Assembly: GCA_026770705.1 (NCBI GenBank) | Contig: JANJGN010000038.1 | Coordinates: forward strand, 9,114,001-9,178,000 | Direction: 5' to 3' | Source of the DNA: Isurus oxyrinchus | Taxonomy: Eukaryota | DNA length: 64,000 bases | Shown: positions 50,238 through 63,459 of the stretch, piece by piece | Position numbering within the stretch: position 1 is the stretch's first letter | How the letters are laid out: each line of letters starts with the position of its first letter | Position numbers and translations under genes: made by a program | Notes under the pieces: generated by a model | Told to the model about the DNA's origin: nothing | The model's input: only the letters and a program-made list of their open reading frames with translations | Database searches by the model: none

Positions 50238-51718
50238 AAATATCCTCTATTTTTCCCCCATCAGCCTTCATTGTCACTCAGTTCCCGATTGTCATTGCCT
50301 GCTTAAGCTGAATGCCAAGACCCCGGGAATTTTGCCGGCTCCACTGTTATCCAGTGAGCTCCCTGGTAAGCGGCTTTTTTTCGAATATTAATTTCAAATA
50401 TAATGAGAAAACATTAAGACCTACCATGCACTGATATCCAACACACTGGAAATTTATGAAGTTATTGGATTCAAACAAACCCATCAATGATTCTCTCTTC
50501 CTCAGCTCCACAGTGAGTGAGACAGGGAAAAGCAGAAAAGCAGCAATATTCCGGCCCCGCACTCTCCAATCACCCGCTGCCAGCAGAAAGCAGCGACTGC
50601 AGCTTCAGTCAGCGGGTTACTGCCCATCCCTGGGAAGGGAGATACTCCAACCCGGACCAAACCTCCCAACACACCGAGCACAGGCTCAGGAAAACACAGG
50701 TACATTATATCCCGGTACAATGTACGAGGTATAAAACCTCGCAACAAAATTTACAGAATTTGTGAGTCACAAATAAAAGTCACACAAACTTTCTAAATCG
50801 TTTCCCTGTCAAATTCCTTCATTTTATTGAAAAGCTGACTGTTGGGAATCTGAAAATGAGCACCATGGGATTTATGTTACCGAGTGACTTGTTTTCCACT
50901 GATTATCCTTCAGTTTCGCAATTCAAATTGTGTTGGATATTGAAGCGATTCTGATGTCAAAATGAGGTCACAAAGCAGCTAAATATGAAATCCAGAAACA
51001 AATCCTGAGGAAAATGGATCACAATGTTTGGAAGGAGGTGCAGCTGAGAAGCAGCAGCTGTGAATGGTGTTATTGATGATTGAATGGAAGGCACTGGGGC
51101 CTTGGTCAAAAATCGTGTCCCAGTGGTGAAAACGATGCTGTTAAAATCCATTGGGGTTTCCCCAGGAAAATTCCAATCTTACCGACTGTGCTTCTGATTT
51201 CAACCAGGTGTCCACAGAACTCTCGGACCAATGGAAGAAAAAACTTCCAAAAATTTCTCCTGATTTTTGGACTCTAAGGGAACGAAGAGCGATCGGGATC
51301 GGGTGGGAATTTGGTCTTGAAGCTGGAAATTCGCCATGATCTTATAAAGTGCCGGAGGAGGCTTACGACGTATTGTTGCTGCTTTGATTCTGTTCTATTT
51401 GAGTAGCAATGCTAGGCAAGGCGATGGGCAGTAATAATGAAGCTTGGTTTCAAATACCACTTCCACTGCTGCTAAAATTGCCCGATTGGTCGAAAAAGTG
51501 GCAGCTCACACTTAAAGCAGGTGTGTACGGTGTTTCACTTTAACAGTAATTCTGAGATACAATTAAATATAAATGACTGTGGAGAAAAGGCGGGGCTGTT
51601 GAATTAGCTGTGAAACTTGTGCAGGACAGATATTCGTCTCCAGCTCTTTCTGCCAGTCCATGTCAATTAGCTGCTTGGTGCAAACGCAGTCAGATGGTGC
51701 GAACGTAAAACAGAACGT

Positions 51719-51898
51719 AAAAAACAAAAAAACTGCAGATGCTGGAAATCCAAAACAAAAACAGAATTATCTGGAAAAACTCAGCAGGTCTGAGAACAAG
51801 TTCTGTTGAAGGGTCATGAGGACCCGAAACGTCAACTCTTTTCTTCTTCGCCGATGCGGCCAGACCTGCTGAGTTTTTCCAGGTAATTCTGTTTTTGT
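51719..51898 (+). mobile_element. Short Penelope-derived inverted-arm element with minimal hammerhead motif
   Basis: 38-bp inverted arms with 1 mismatch (51755-51792 / 51861-51898); flanking direct repeat CAGAACGT at 51711-51718 and 51903-51910. Confidence 0.8.
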
Positions 51899-52741
51899 GA
51901 AGCAGAACGTGATCGGTTTACAGATAGCAGCGTACAGAGACACCAGGATCTTCCTGATTCGCCCAAGTACTGATTACAGGTATGTGCACAGTGCCAATTA
52001 TCCACAATCACACTTCCCTTCCAATCTTGTCCTAGTTGTTCAGCTTTGAAAATGCAAATATTTTCACATTGGATTTCAATGTAAAGAAAGCAGAGCTGTG
52101 ATAAGCTTGTATAGTTCAGCAGATGTACTGCAAGAAGTTACATAAAAGGCTGATGATAACAATGCTCTTGGGACAAGGTGAGCTCCAGTGAAGGATCGGC
52201 ACCATTAATGTGTCGCTCATTTAGTCTCGTGACTAATCTCGTGCTGGAAATGACAAGAAAACTCGCTGAATTTACTCCGTGTTTTGTTTTCAAAAGAGCC
52301 GAATACAAGGTAAGAAAGTGCATCTCGCTTGAGTGGGTTATAAAATGGAAGAATGACCCGTGCTGTTGGGAAACATAAAATTGTACAAATTTGCAGCACA
52401 GAAAAAGGCCATTCGGCCTGGCGTGCTGCTGTCAAAGAGCAGTAGTGATTGGTTGATCCATCAGGAGTGATACTTATGTCAGTGCAAACAGTAGGCAGCA
52501 AAATTTGCCCTTCTCCCACCCATATTTTGCCTGGCGCCACCATCTGTGTGGTCAGTGCTTTGCACCCAGCCCTTCTCTTGTCCTTCTTTCACACCGCTTC
52601 TTTGTTCTCGACTTTCCAAATATGACACTTCCAACTCTGTGGCGAAACTTCAACTATCACCCACTGATTCCGGTGGAGCTGTTGAATGGTTTCCATCAAT
52701 AACTAATTAATACTGATTTTAACAAGATAAAAAAATCTACA

Positions 52742-52813
52742 TTCCCTGATTGGGAATCAAACTCAGGCTACTGCTGATAAAGTGCCGAATCCTGACCACT
52801 CGACCACCGGGGA
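52742..52813 (-). pseudogene. tRNA-Glu-derived pseudogene
   Basis: TCCCCGGTGGTCGAGTGGTCAGGATTCGGCACTTTATCAGCAGTAGCCTGAGTTTGATTCCCAATCAGGGAA. Confidence 0.7.
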
Positions 52814-52824
52814 AGCTACTGTCT

Positions 52825-55208
52825 TAATTTCTCTGTTCCTTTCACCCACTGTTAACTGTCTCTCTCTGAATTTGCTGCACTCCGTTCTCCCAGGTTCAGC
52901 CCTGACATTGACATCAAACCTGCTGACAAGGATGGTGCTGTTGTTTTCTGGCGCACTAATCTCTACCTCACAGAGGCTGAGCGTCAACTCGCAGACACTT
53001 CCTCCTACCTGCCCCTGGACCATGATCCCACCACTGAACATGAAGCCATTGTTTTCAGGCCTGTTACTGACCTCATCTCCTCTGGGGATCTTCCTCCCAC
53101 AGCTTCCAACCTCAAAGTATCACAACCTTGGACGGCCCACTTATACCTCCTTCCCAAAATCCACAATCAGGACTGCCCCGGCAGACCGAACGCATCAGCC
53201 TGTCCTACCACACGGAATTAATTTATTGCTATCTTGACTCCATTCTCTCTCCCCTTGTCCAGTCCCTTCCCACCTACATCCATGATTCCTCTGACAGCCT
53301 ATATCATATCATCAATTTCCAGTTCCCTGGCCCTAATCACCTTCTCTTCACCATGGACGTAAATCCCTCTACACCTCAATCCCCCACCGGGATGCTTTGA
53401 GGGCTCTCCCCTTCTTCCTCAATCAGAGGCTCGAACAATCCCCATCCACCACTACTATCCACTGCCAGGCTTAACTTGTTCTCACACTGAACAATTTCTC
53501 CTTAAACTCCTCTCACGTCCTCCAAATAAAAGATTTGGCTATGGGTACCTGCATGGGCCCCAGCTATGCCTGTGTATTATGGGGTATGTGGAACATTCCT
53601 TATTCCAGTCCTACTCCGGCCCCCTCCCACAACTCCGGTACATCGATGATTGCTTCGGTGCTGCTTTATGCTCTTGTCTGGACCTGGAAAAATTTATTAA
53701 CTTTGCTGCCAATTTCCAACCCTCCATCATTTTCATATGCTTTATTCCTGACACTTCCCTTCCCTTCCTTGACCTCTGTATCTCAATTTCTGGTGATAGA
53801 CTGTCCACCAATATTCATTACAAGGCCACCGACTCCCACAGCTACCTCGACTACAGCTCCTCACACCCTGCTTCCTGTAAGGACTCCATCCCATTCTCTC
53901 AGTTCCTTCGCCTCCGTCGCATCTGTTCTGATGTTGCCACTTTCAAAAACAGTTCCTCTGACATGTCTTCCTTCTTCCTTAACCGAGGTTTTCCACACAC
54001 GGTGATTGACAGGGCCCTCAACAGCGTCCGGCCCACCTCTCATGCATCCGCCCTCATACCTTCTTCTCTCTCCCAGAAACATGATAGGGTCCCCCTTGTC
54101 CTCACTTATCACCCCACCAGCCTTCGCATTCAAAGGATCATCCTCCGCCATTTCCACCAACTCCAGCATGATGCCACCACCAAACACATCTTCCCTTCAC
54201 CACAACGCGGCGGCATTCCGTAGGGATCATTCCCTCCGGGACACCCTGGTCCACTTCTCCATCACCCCCTACACCTCAACCCCCTCCCACGGCACCTTCC
54301 CATGCAACCGCAAAAAGTGCAACACCTGCCCCTTTACTTCCCCCCTCCTCAACGTCCAAGGGCCAAAGTATTACTTTCAAGTGAAGCAGCAGTTCACTTG
54401 CACTTCCCTCAATTTAGTCTACTGCATTTGATGCTCTCAATGCGGTTTCCTCTACATTGGAGAGACAAAACACAGACTGGGTGACCGCTCTGTCTGCGAG
54501 CATGACCCAGAACTCCCTGTCACTTGCTATTTCAACACACCACCCTGCCGTCATGCCCACATGTCCATTGTTGGCTTGCTGCATTGTTCCAGTGAAGCCC
54601 AACGCAAACTGGAGGAACAGCACTTCATCTGCCGACTAGGCACTTTACAGCCTTCCGGACTGAATGTTGAGTTCAAAAAACTTTAGATCATGAACTCTTT
54701 CCTCCATTCCCACCCCCTTTCCCATCCCACTTTATTTCCAACAATTTATATATTTTTTTTCTGTTCCCACCTATTTCCTTTATTTTTAAAATATTTCCAT
54801 CCATTGTTTTATCTCTACCTTTTAGCCTATTTCGTTCCCTTGCCCCCACCCCAACCCACTAGAGCTATCTCTACCTTGCTCGTCCTGATTTCTACCCTTA
54901 ATGTCACCCATTAGCACATTTCTTAGCTAATATCACCACCGTCAACATCTCTTTGTCCTTTTGTCTATGACATCTCTTCTTTGCCTCCGCCTATCACTGG
55001 TCCCTCTATCCAACGCAACCTGCCCCAGCCCCCAATACCAGCTTATATTTCACCGCATTTCTCTATTTCCTTCATTCCGAAGAAGAGTCACACGGACTCG
55101 AAACATCAACTGTATTCCTCTCCACAGATGCTGTCAGGCCTGCTGGGTTTTTCCAGGTATTTTTGTTTTTGTTTCAGATATCCAGCATCCGCAGTAATTT
55201 GCTTTTAT
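52825..55208 (+). mobile_element. Penelope-like retroelement (RT + GIY-YIG endonuclease), frameshifted
   Basis: IKPADK-like start, AMGTCMGPSYA, RYIDDCFG, LPFLDL, YLDYSSSHP, SIPFSQFLRLRRICS, CNRKKCNTC, FTCTSLNLVYCI, YIGET; terminal segment with decayed hammerhead-like core at ~55076-55115. Confidence 0.92.
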
Positions 55209-55209
55209 C

Positions 55210-57200
55210 TGAGAGAGAGAGAAAAAAACAATACGTTTCAGTGAGTTAGACGCTGTCTCAGATAGAGATATCACAGACATTAAGTGAATGTGGTGACAAA
55301 CGTGCCCGTCTTAGCAAAGAATTGGTTGGTATGACATGGATTTCTAAACAAGACCACACAACAGGATATGCTATCAATGAATATTTACATTATTAGACGA
55401 CCTGCAGTTACAGTTTGAATAAGAGAAAATAAAATAAAATGAAACATTCTGGTGAAGATACATGTTAACTTTGTGGAATGACGCAACATGATTTCTTTTC
55501 ACACACACACACAGAACAAGTGATGTCTCATATATAATACTGTTGGCTGTCATGAAACTGAGTATTAGGAGCTGCACGGAGCAAACACTCAAAACCTGTC
55601 GTTTTAGGCCAAAGTCAGAGGCCCATTTCTAACTCAACGTTCACCTTATAGATTCATAGAAAAGTGTAGTAACAACAGAGACAGAGCCTGGTGTGGAAAT
55701 TACTAAGACAGGGCCTAGTGCAATTTAAGCAGAGGCATGACTAAAGAAGCCATCTAATGTTACTTAGCAAAGACCTGGCCTAATGCACGAATAACAGGGG
55801 CGGGGACGTGTGCGATATTAACATGGACAAGGTCTTCTGCTGTAATAGCGGAGATGGGTCTGGTGCAATAGTTACCGATACAGGCCTGGATCAACATCAA
55901 GTAAAATAGTTTAGTTATTACAGGCACAGGACACAGAGTAATTGCTTCCCAGAGAGAGTCTCAGGCCGTAATATCGGAGACTGCCACCAGTGTAAGAAAG
56001 ACAGACATGATCTGGTGGAGTAAAAACAGGGAAAGGGAGAGTGGAATAGAAACAGAGACAGAGGTACAAAGACAAAGTCTCTGCAAAGATATGATCCATT
56101 TTAATTAACAAGACAGCAAGCTCGAGTGTAATACAGGCTGGTACAATTTCAATTGTTCTGAAATACGGTCTGGAGGAACATAAGTGCAGACATGATTGAG
56201 TGTGTTATAAGCAGCGCCACGACCTAGTGAAACATAAGTGAGACAGTGCCGAGTGCAGTAATAATCGAGACAGGATCTTGTGATAACACCTGCTGGATCC
56301 AGTTTAAGAAAACTGATACACGGTCTAGTGCAGCTTCACATAATTCAGGGGTCTTTTTAATGTCAACTGACGCAGTGACTGGTGAATTAAATACTGGCAA
56401 AGGTATGAGATCAATAAAAACAGAGACATGCACTAGTACAGCAATAAGAGAGTAATGGTTTAGGACGATAACAACAGAAACAGAGAAATGTATGATATGA
56501 ATGGAGGCATGTATTGGTGCAGCATCACCTGAGACAGGGTCCAGTTTGATAGACACGTGGCAGGTTCTACTGGAGTAATAGCTGAGACAGAGTCTTGTGA
56601 AATGCAAATAAAAACGCGTTCTAGTTTTCCATAAACAGAGACAAGCTCTAGTGCAGTGCCAACTGCGGCATGGCTTATTGTAACTTTAGCCGAGACCTGA
56701 TTCAGTGCAGTCATGACTGAGATAGTGCGAACTGTAATGTGGCTGAGCCAATTACAGAAACAACTGAGAGATGACCTTCTCTAATATGATCAGAGACATG
56801 TCCTAGTGTAATAGAAACAGAAACGGCATCTAAGTTGATATGAACAGAGACAGTGCCAAATGCAGTAATAATTGAGACCGCGTCTGCTTCATGTGATGTG
56901 AGCAATCACGGTTCTACTGCCATCAACTGGTCAATCGTTGCAACTGCAGGTGTTGTGAAAATGTCGATTACATTTACTGTTTCTGAGATCAGTGGTCAAA
57001 ATCAGAAATAATGGAAAACGTAGCCGGCGGAATTTGAACCTGCGCGGGATAACCCCAATGGATTTCAAGTCCATCGCCTTAACCACTCGGCCACGACTAC
57101 AGATGTTGGCATTAAACCTGTATTACATATATGAAGTCATAGAATTGTTACAGCAGACAAAGAGGGGCTTCTCCCCGCCCTGTCTCTGTCACAACCTAGC
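55210..57200 (+). repeat. Direct duplicate of 31465-33500 (minisatellite 55670-56900, CTCF-like 56915-56930, tRNA-Ser)
   Basis: Colinear alignment visible by eye. Confidence 0.9.
57019..57100 (-). pseudogene. tRNA-Ser(TGA) copy with damaged T-arm
   Basis: GTAGTCGTGGCCGAGTGGTTAAGGCGATGGACTTGAAATCCATTGGGGTTATCCCGCGCAGGTTCAAATTCCGCCGGCTACG. Confidence 0.75.
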
Positions 57201-60192
57201 CGGGCATGCACGCGCGTTATTTCCTATGTGAAAACTCAAGGAGATCAATGTTGTTTCCTCCTGGAGCCTCTGCTTGTTCTGAATTTCAAACTGTGGAAGG
57301 TAATCGTCCTACAAAATCCACAAGTTTGCAATACATTCCTCTCAATCATCAATAACATCATTCACATCTTCCACTTGTTTGCTGCAACTCCTTCCAAACA
57401 TTGCAAATTCCCTTGCATCGTTCATCCTATTTTTCTCTTTGACATTTGACTATAAAGTTGCACAACGAATGTTAATCAAGTTGGTGTTGGTGAATATGTG
57501 TCTATCTCCTCGGGGAACTGAACCATATTGACACACTTGGAGGAACACACACCGACACATACAACGACAGTGACAGAGGCCGAAGGAGTGTCAAACACCC
57601 AGAAAGTAAAGATGTCACCAACTTGTCCAGTTATTGTTCCATTTCAGACTCCAAATGTAATGAATATTTGCAGATGAACTGAAGTCAGAAACACGTGGGT
57701 GTTTGGGTGGTTTAGTTTCTCATTTGACTGATAATATATTCTGCAGGCAGTCTGTGTCAATCAGGAATGAGAAGAAGGGGAATTGGCAGGATGTGGACTA
57801 CGTGGTAAAACGCCTGAACCACTCGGCCAGGACAACTGGGTAAAGGCTGCATGTTGTTTGTTTAAAATAATAGAATAAATACAGCGAGTTCCGGTGAAAG
57901 AAGGTCTTCCAGTCCGTGCCACTGTCCCACCTTTTCCCAGTCTCCCTGGGATTTACACTGTCTCTCCTCATTCTCCCAACTGAAATACAACACGGCACTG
58001 CTCAGCTGCTCCTTCACCACTCAGAGAATCTTTTGGAAGCGCCTCAAACAGCAAACCACCAGAAAGTTTGACAGCGGTGAGAGTGAAGCCCAAATCGTCA
58101 GAGAGATCAAAACCTGAACCAACGGCTGAGCCCGCTCGGCCTCACTACCACATTCAGATTAGACACAAACATTGTCTTCACCAACATTAACACTGAATTC
58201 GAATATTAAAAAAATGATCAGGAATTGGCCATTCGGCCCCTCGAGCATTCTCAGCTACTTAATAAGATCATGTGCAAACTTCAATCATCCTCCACTTTGT
58301 AACATCTGGACATTTAGTTTCTGAACAGTCCCTGCTCAAAGAAAAGAGAGAAATGTCTTCTTGCATCTTTTAAAACTGATGGTTTTCCTCTGTCTGCACC
58401 TTATGATATGAAGCCGCAGAACGAATATGAATAATGTTTGGGTGGTAAAAATGGGAAACTGAACCACTTTGACAACACACAGAAAATCACAAATACGCAC
58501 ATTGTTAAGATTTGAAAGAATGAATATTGTCACACTATCTTTCAATATGCAGAAAGTGGAGCTGTGATCAACTTGTAGCTCAGAAGACGTACAACAAGAA
58601 TGTATATAACAGGCCGATGCTCACAGTGCCTGTTGGGACTCGGCGAGCTGCATCCAACGATTTAGACCATTTAATTGTCGTTCAATGAGTCCGGTTCCAA
58701 ATTCTGTGCTGGAAATGATAAGAAAACTCGCTGCATTTGCTTATTGTCTTGAATTCAAAGCATCACATGGAAGATAAGAAAGTTCATCTTAACCGTGGTG
58801 TTAGGAAACATAAAATGACAGAAAGGTACAGCAAATACAGGGGCCGTTCGGCCCTGTGTTCTGCTTTCAATGAACAATGTCATTGGTTGATCTGAATAAT
58901 CAAAGACATTCGTCATTTAGGAAGAATGGTCAAAAAGGAAAACGAGACAGGGTCAGGAACGAGATCGGTACATTAGTGACAGAGGATCTTAGATTGAAGG
59001 ATTAAGCTGTTAAAAAGGTTTGGGTGAAGCTAAGAAACAGCAAGAGGAAACAAACATTGGTGGGAGTTGTTTATAGGCCAACAAACCCTAGTGGGAATGT
59101 TGGCGTGGGATAAATCAGGAAATTAGAGCTGCATGTGACATGGGTAATACAGGAATAATATTCTGCCTTGCACCACCAGCCCTATAGTCAGTGCTTTGTA
59201 ACCTATCACAGCCCTTCTATTTTATTTTCGCCCCCTCACTCCGACTTTGGGTTTGTTCCCAAGTTTTGCCCTTGTGACATTTCCAGCTCTGATGTGAAAC
59301 TCCCACTCTCACTCCACCAATTCTAGCAGAGCTAAACCGTGTTATTTTCAACCAGCAAATCAATCACATTGACTTGAACAGCTCGCCCAGGAGGAATAAG
59401 TTTCAATCCCTAACCAGGGATCAAATGCAGGCTGTACTTATAAACTTGCCGCATTCAAATCACTCACCCAGCAGTTGGACACATGGGAGCTGTTTTTGGC
59501 ATTTTTATATTCCAGATCTCTTTCAGCAATGACAAGTTTCTTTGGCCAAGTGGTCTGTGTCGTTTCAACACAAGTGTCCTCTTCAGCCAATGAGAACAAA
59601 CCGTTCGCTGGAACATGAAATCGATACTTTCCTCCTTTAAGACAGTTCTTAAAGCCTCCCCCTTTGACAGAGATTTTAGTCATCTGACCGAATATGTGGC
59701 TCAGTGTCACACTTTATGATAAAATGCTCCTGAGAAACGCCTTGTGACGTTTCATTCGGAAAAAGGAGCTTTCTAAATATAAGTTGTTGTTGTAGTCCAT
59801 ACATAGAAAGAGACAAACTCCTCTTCCCTCTTTCATCCCGATATTTTTCACTGCAAAATTGAAATGTGAAGTTGCACAACTAATGTGAATATAATTTGTG
59901 CTCTTAGAAATGTGTTCAGCTTCCCAGGGAACTGAACCGCATTGACCCACACAGAGGAACACACACAGAGATAGACACCGAGAGTGACAGAGGCCGAAGT
60001 GGAGACAAATGCCAGAATAAAATCGTGTCACCAAATTGGCTCCGTTTTGTTTTCCGTTTCCGACTGGAGATTTGCAGAAGGCTGACAAATGAACGGAAAC
60101 AAGAGAACACGGATGTGTTTGGATCGCTTTTCCTCGATTCAAACGATAATCAGCTCTGTCTGTGCGCGGTTAAAATCCCAGATAATGAGAAA

Positions 60193-60260
60193 CGTGGTCG
60201 GCAGGATTCGAACCTGCGTGGATTTCTAATCCATCGCCTTAACCACTCGGCCACGACTAC
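60193..60260 (-). pseudogene. tRNA-Ser(AGA) lacking the variable arm
   Basis: GTAGTCGTGGCCGAGTGGTTAAGGCGATGGATTAGAAATCCA-CGCAGGTTCGAATCCTGCCGACCACG (68 nt; 14-nt deletion). Confidence 0.8.
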
Positions 60261-60434
60261 AGAAGCTGCTCTCCCACTGTTATTACGTGTATGAAATCAT
60301 GCAATGGTTACAGCGGAGAAAAAATTCTTTCCGCCCGTCCTGTCACTCCCATTACCTGATCTTTCCCCCGGAATCCTGCAATTTATCCTGTTTCTCCTCG
60401 TTCTTCCGACAAAACTGGGAAAGAAAGAGTGAGA

Positions 60435-61772
60435 ATGATCCAACCCGGCCAATTACCGCCCCATCAGCCTACTCTCCATCATCACTAAAGTCATGGAAGG
60501 GGTCATCAACAGTGCTATCAAGCAGCACTGACTTAGCAATAACCTGCTCACTGATGCCCAGCTTGGGTTTCACAAGGACCACTCAGCTCCTGATCTCAAT
60601 ACAGCCTTGGCTCAAATATAAACAAAAGAGCTGAACTCCCGAGACGAGGCGAAATCAGCATTTGACCGAGTGTGGCATCAAGGTGCCCGAGCACAACTGG
60701 AGTCAATGGGAGTCAGGGGGAAACTCTCAGCTTGTTGGAGTCATACCTAACACAAAGGAAGATGGTTGTGGTTGTTGGAGTCAGTCATCTTAGCTCCAGC
60801 ATATCACTGCAGGAGTTCCTTAGGGTAGTGTCCTCAGCCCAACCATCTTCAGCAATGAGCTTCCATCCATCATAAGGTCAGAAGTGGCGGAGTTAGCTGA
60901 TGATTGCACAATGTTCAGCACCATACCCGACTCCTCAGATACTGAAGCTGTCCATGTCCAAATGCAGTAAGACCTGGACAATATCCAGGCATGAGCTGAC
61001 AAATGGCAAGTAACATTCGCACCCCACAAGTGTCAGGCAATGGCCATCTCCAACACGAGAGAATCCAACCATTGCCTCTTGATGTTCAATGGCATTACCA
61101 TCACTGAATCCCTCACTATCAACATCCTGGGGGTTCCCATTCACCAGGAACTGGACTGGAATAGCCATATAAACACTGTGGCTACAAGACCAGGTCAGAG
61201 GTTAGGAATCGTGCAACATGTAACTCACCTCCTGACTCCCCAAAGCCTGTCTACCATCTACAAGGCACAAGTTAGGAGTGTAATAGAATACTCCTCACTT
61301 GTTTGGATGAGTGCAGCCCCCGCAACACTGAAGAAGCTGGACACCGTCCAGGGCAAAGCAGTCCACTTGACTGGCACCACATCCACATTCACTCCCTTCA
61401 CCACCAATGCATAGTAGCAGCAGTGTGTACCATCTACAAGATGTATTGGAGGTATTCACCAAGGCTGCTTAGACAGTAGCGTCCAAACCCACGACAATTC
61501 CCAGCTAGAAGGACAAGGGCAGCAGATAGATAGGAACACCATCACCTTCAATTAACTCACTATCCTGACTTGGAAATATATCACCGTCCTTTCACTGTCA
61601 CTGGGTCAAAATCCTGGAACTCCCTTCCTAACAGCACTATGGGCATACCTACACATCATGGACTGCAGTGGTTCAAGAAGGTAGTCCACCTTCACAAGGG
61701 CAATTAAGGATGGGCAATAAATGCTGGTCCAGACAGCAAAGTCCACATCATGTGAATGAATAAAAAAAAAAA
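60435..61772 (+). mobile_element. 5'-truncated non-LTR retrotransposon (CR1/L2 group), RT to poly(A) tail
   Basis: AFDRVWH, GVPxGSVL and ADD-like motifs; INILGV, TIYKAQVRSVIEYSSLVW; ends 'gaatgaataaaaaaaaaaa'. Confidence 0.85.
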
Positions 61773-63394
61773 TCCAGGTTTATTCGCAAATTATATTGCC
61801 TTGAACTTCTAACCAACGTAAAGCACTGCAAATGTCAGTGCCTGGAGCAAGGCTGACGTAATTGCTCATGTGAGGGACCACCTGAAGCTTTCAATATTGG
61901 TTTTCTTCACACCAATTTCCAAATGGGAATTGTTCAATGGCTTGAAAGCGAAAAAAAATGTTAAGGAGAAAGAGAAGGAAATTGTCATTAATTATGATGC
62001 TCTTTGTACAAAACTGACATAAACACGATGGGAGGAATGTCCTCTTACTGCGCTGTGCCATTTGATGATGACATTGTTGATCAGTCTGTCTCCAGCATTC
62101 CTAATGAGAACAGCCGAATTCCATTTCTTCAACACAAAGACCCAAAGTGCTGCTGCATGACGTCACCGTTTAACATTCCAGACAGCTCCATTGGGATCTT
62201 TACAGCGCAGGGTTTATAGAGGCGAGTGGGGTCATATTCACTTCACATATGATGGAGCTGCGGTTTGATACCTGGCAAGAGCATTTTCCAAGATTGTTTA
62301 TTTGAGTGAGTGAAAGTTCGATAATTTACGTTTGTTGTAAATATGAACACGACGGTTGGAATCCTGCTGACTGAAGTTTTCACCATTTTTGATTTTAACC
62401 AAATTAATAATCAGTTAATTAGAAGGAAACCTATCCAAATACGTCCGTATTTTCTGATTTCCATTCATTTGTCAGCATTAAGGAAATTTGTTTTCGGAAA
62501 TGGAACAAACACTGAGCCAAGTTGGCGAAATCCTTGCTTTCTGGTACTGTGTCTCTCCTTAGGCCTCTGTCACTCTCGGTGTATATATCTCTCTGTCTGT
62601 TCCTCTGTGATTGTCAATGTGGTTCAGTTCCCTGAGGGGGTGAAAACATTTTTGATGTTGCAAACTTGATTCACATTAGTTGTGCGAATTCATCTTAAAA
62701 TGTCACAGAGAAATGTATCAGCGTCAAAGATAAAACAGGAGACTGGCCCTTTCTATATGTATCCTACAACAACAACAACTTATATTTATAAAGCACGTTT
62801 AACGTAAGAAACATCACAAGGCGTTCCCCAGGAGCATGATATAACAAAGTGTGATACCGAGCCTCATATTCGGCCAGATGACTAAAAGCTCGGTCAAAGC
62901 GGGAGGCTTTAAGAACTGTCTTAAAGGAGGAAAGTATCAATTTCATGTTCCAGCTCACAGCAATGGTTCTTCTCATTGGTGAAGAAGTCACTTGTGTTCA
63001 ACCTAAACAGACCAATTGGTCGGAGAAAGTTGTCTCTGGTGAAAGAGATCGGGAATGAAAAAAAATGTCAAAAGCTGCCTCCATAATACAAAAGTCAAGC
63101 CTTATTGGTCTTTTCTCTGATGTACAGTGACTCAGGATTGGCGCTTCCATTGGACCAACAGCAAATTGGGTGGAGGGATTTGGAAATTGAAGGTTGCGCA
63201 TGTGCAGCTTGTGGGGCTATTTCACCTCACTGTCAATTTCATGTTCCAGCTCACAGATACCCTTGTTTTCATTGACTGACGAAGTCATTTGCCTTGAACC
63301 TAAACAGGCAGTTTTGAGGTGAAAGAAATCTGAGCTGAAAAACAATAGGCAAAAGCAGCATAGATAAGCCAAATCGAAATACTTTGGCCCAACT

Positions 63395-63459
63395 TCCCTG
63401 GTGGTCTAGTGGTCAGGACTCTCACCGCCGCAGCTCGGGTTCGATTCCCGGTGAGGGAA
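63395..63459 (+). pseudogene. tRNA-Glu(CTC) with a 7-nt deletion in the anticodon arm
   Basis: TCCCTGGTGGTCTAGTGGTCAGGA-CTCTCACCGCCGCAGCTCGGGTTCGATTCCCGGTGAGGGAA; A and B boxes intact. Confidence 0.8.
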
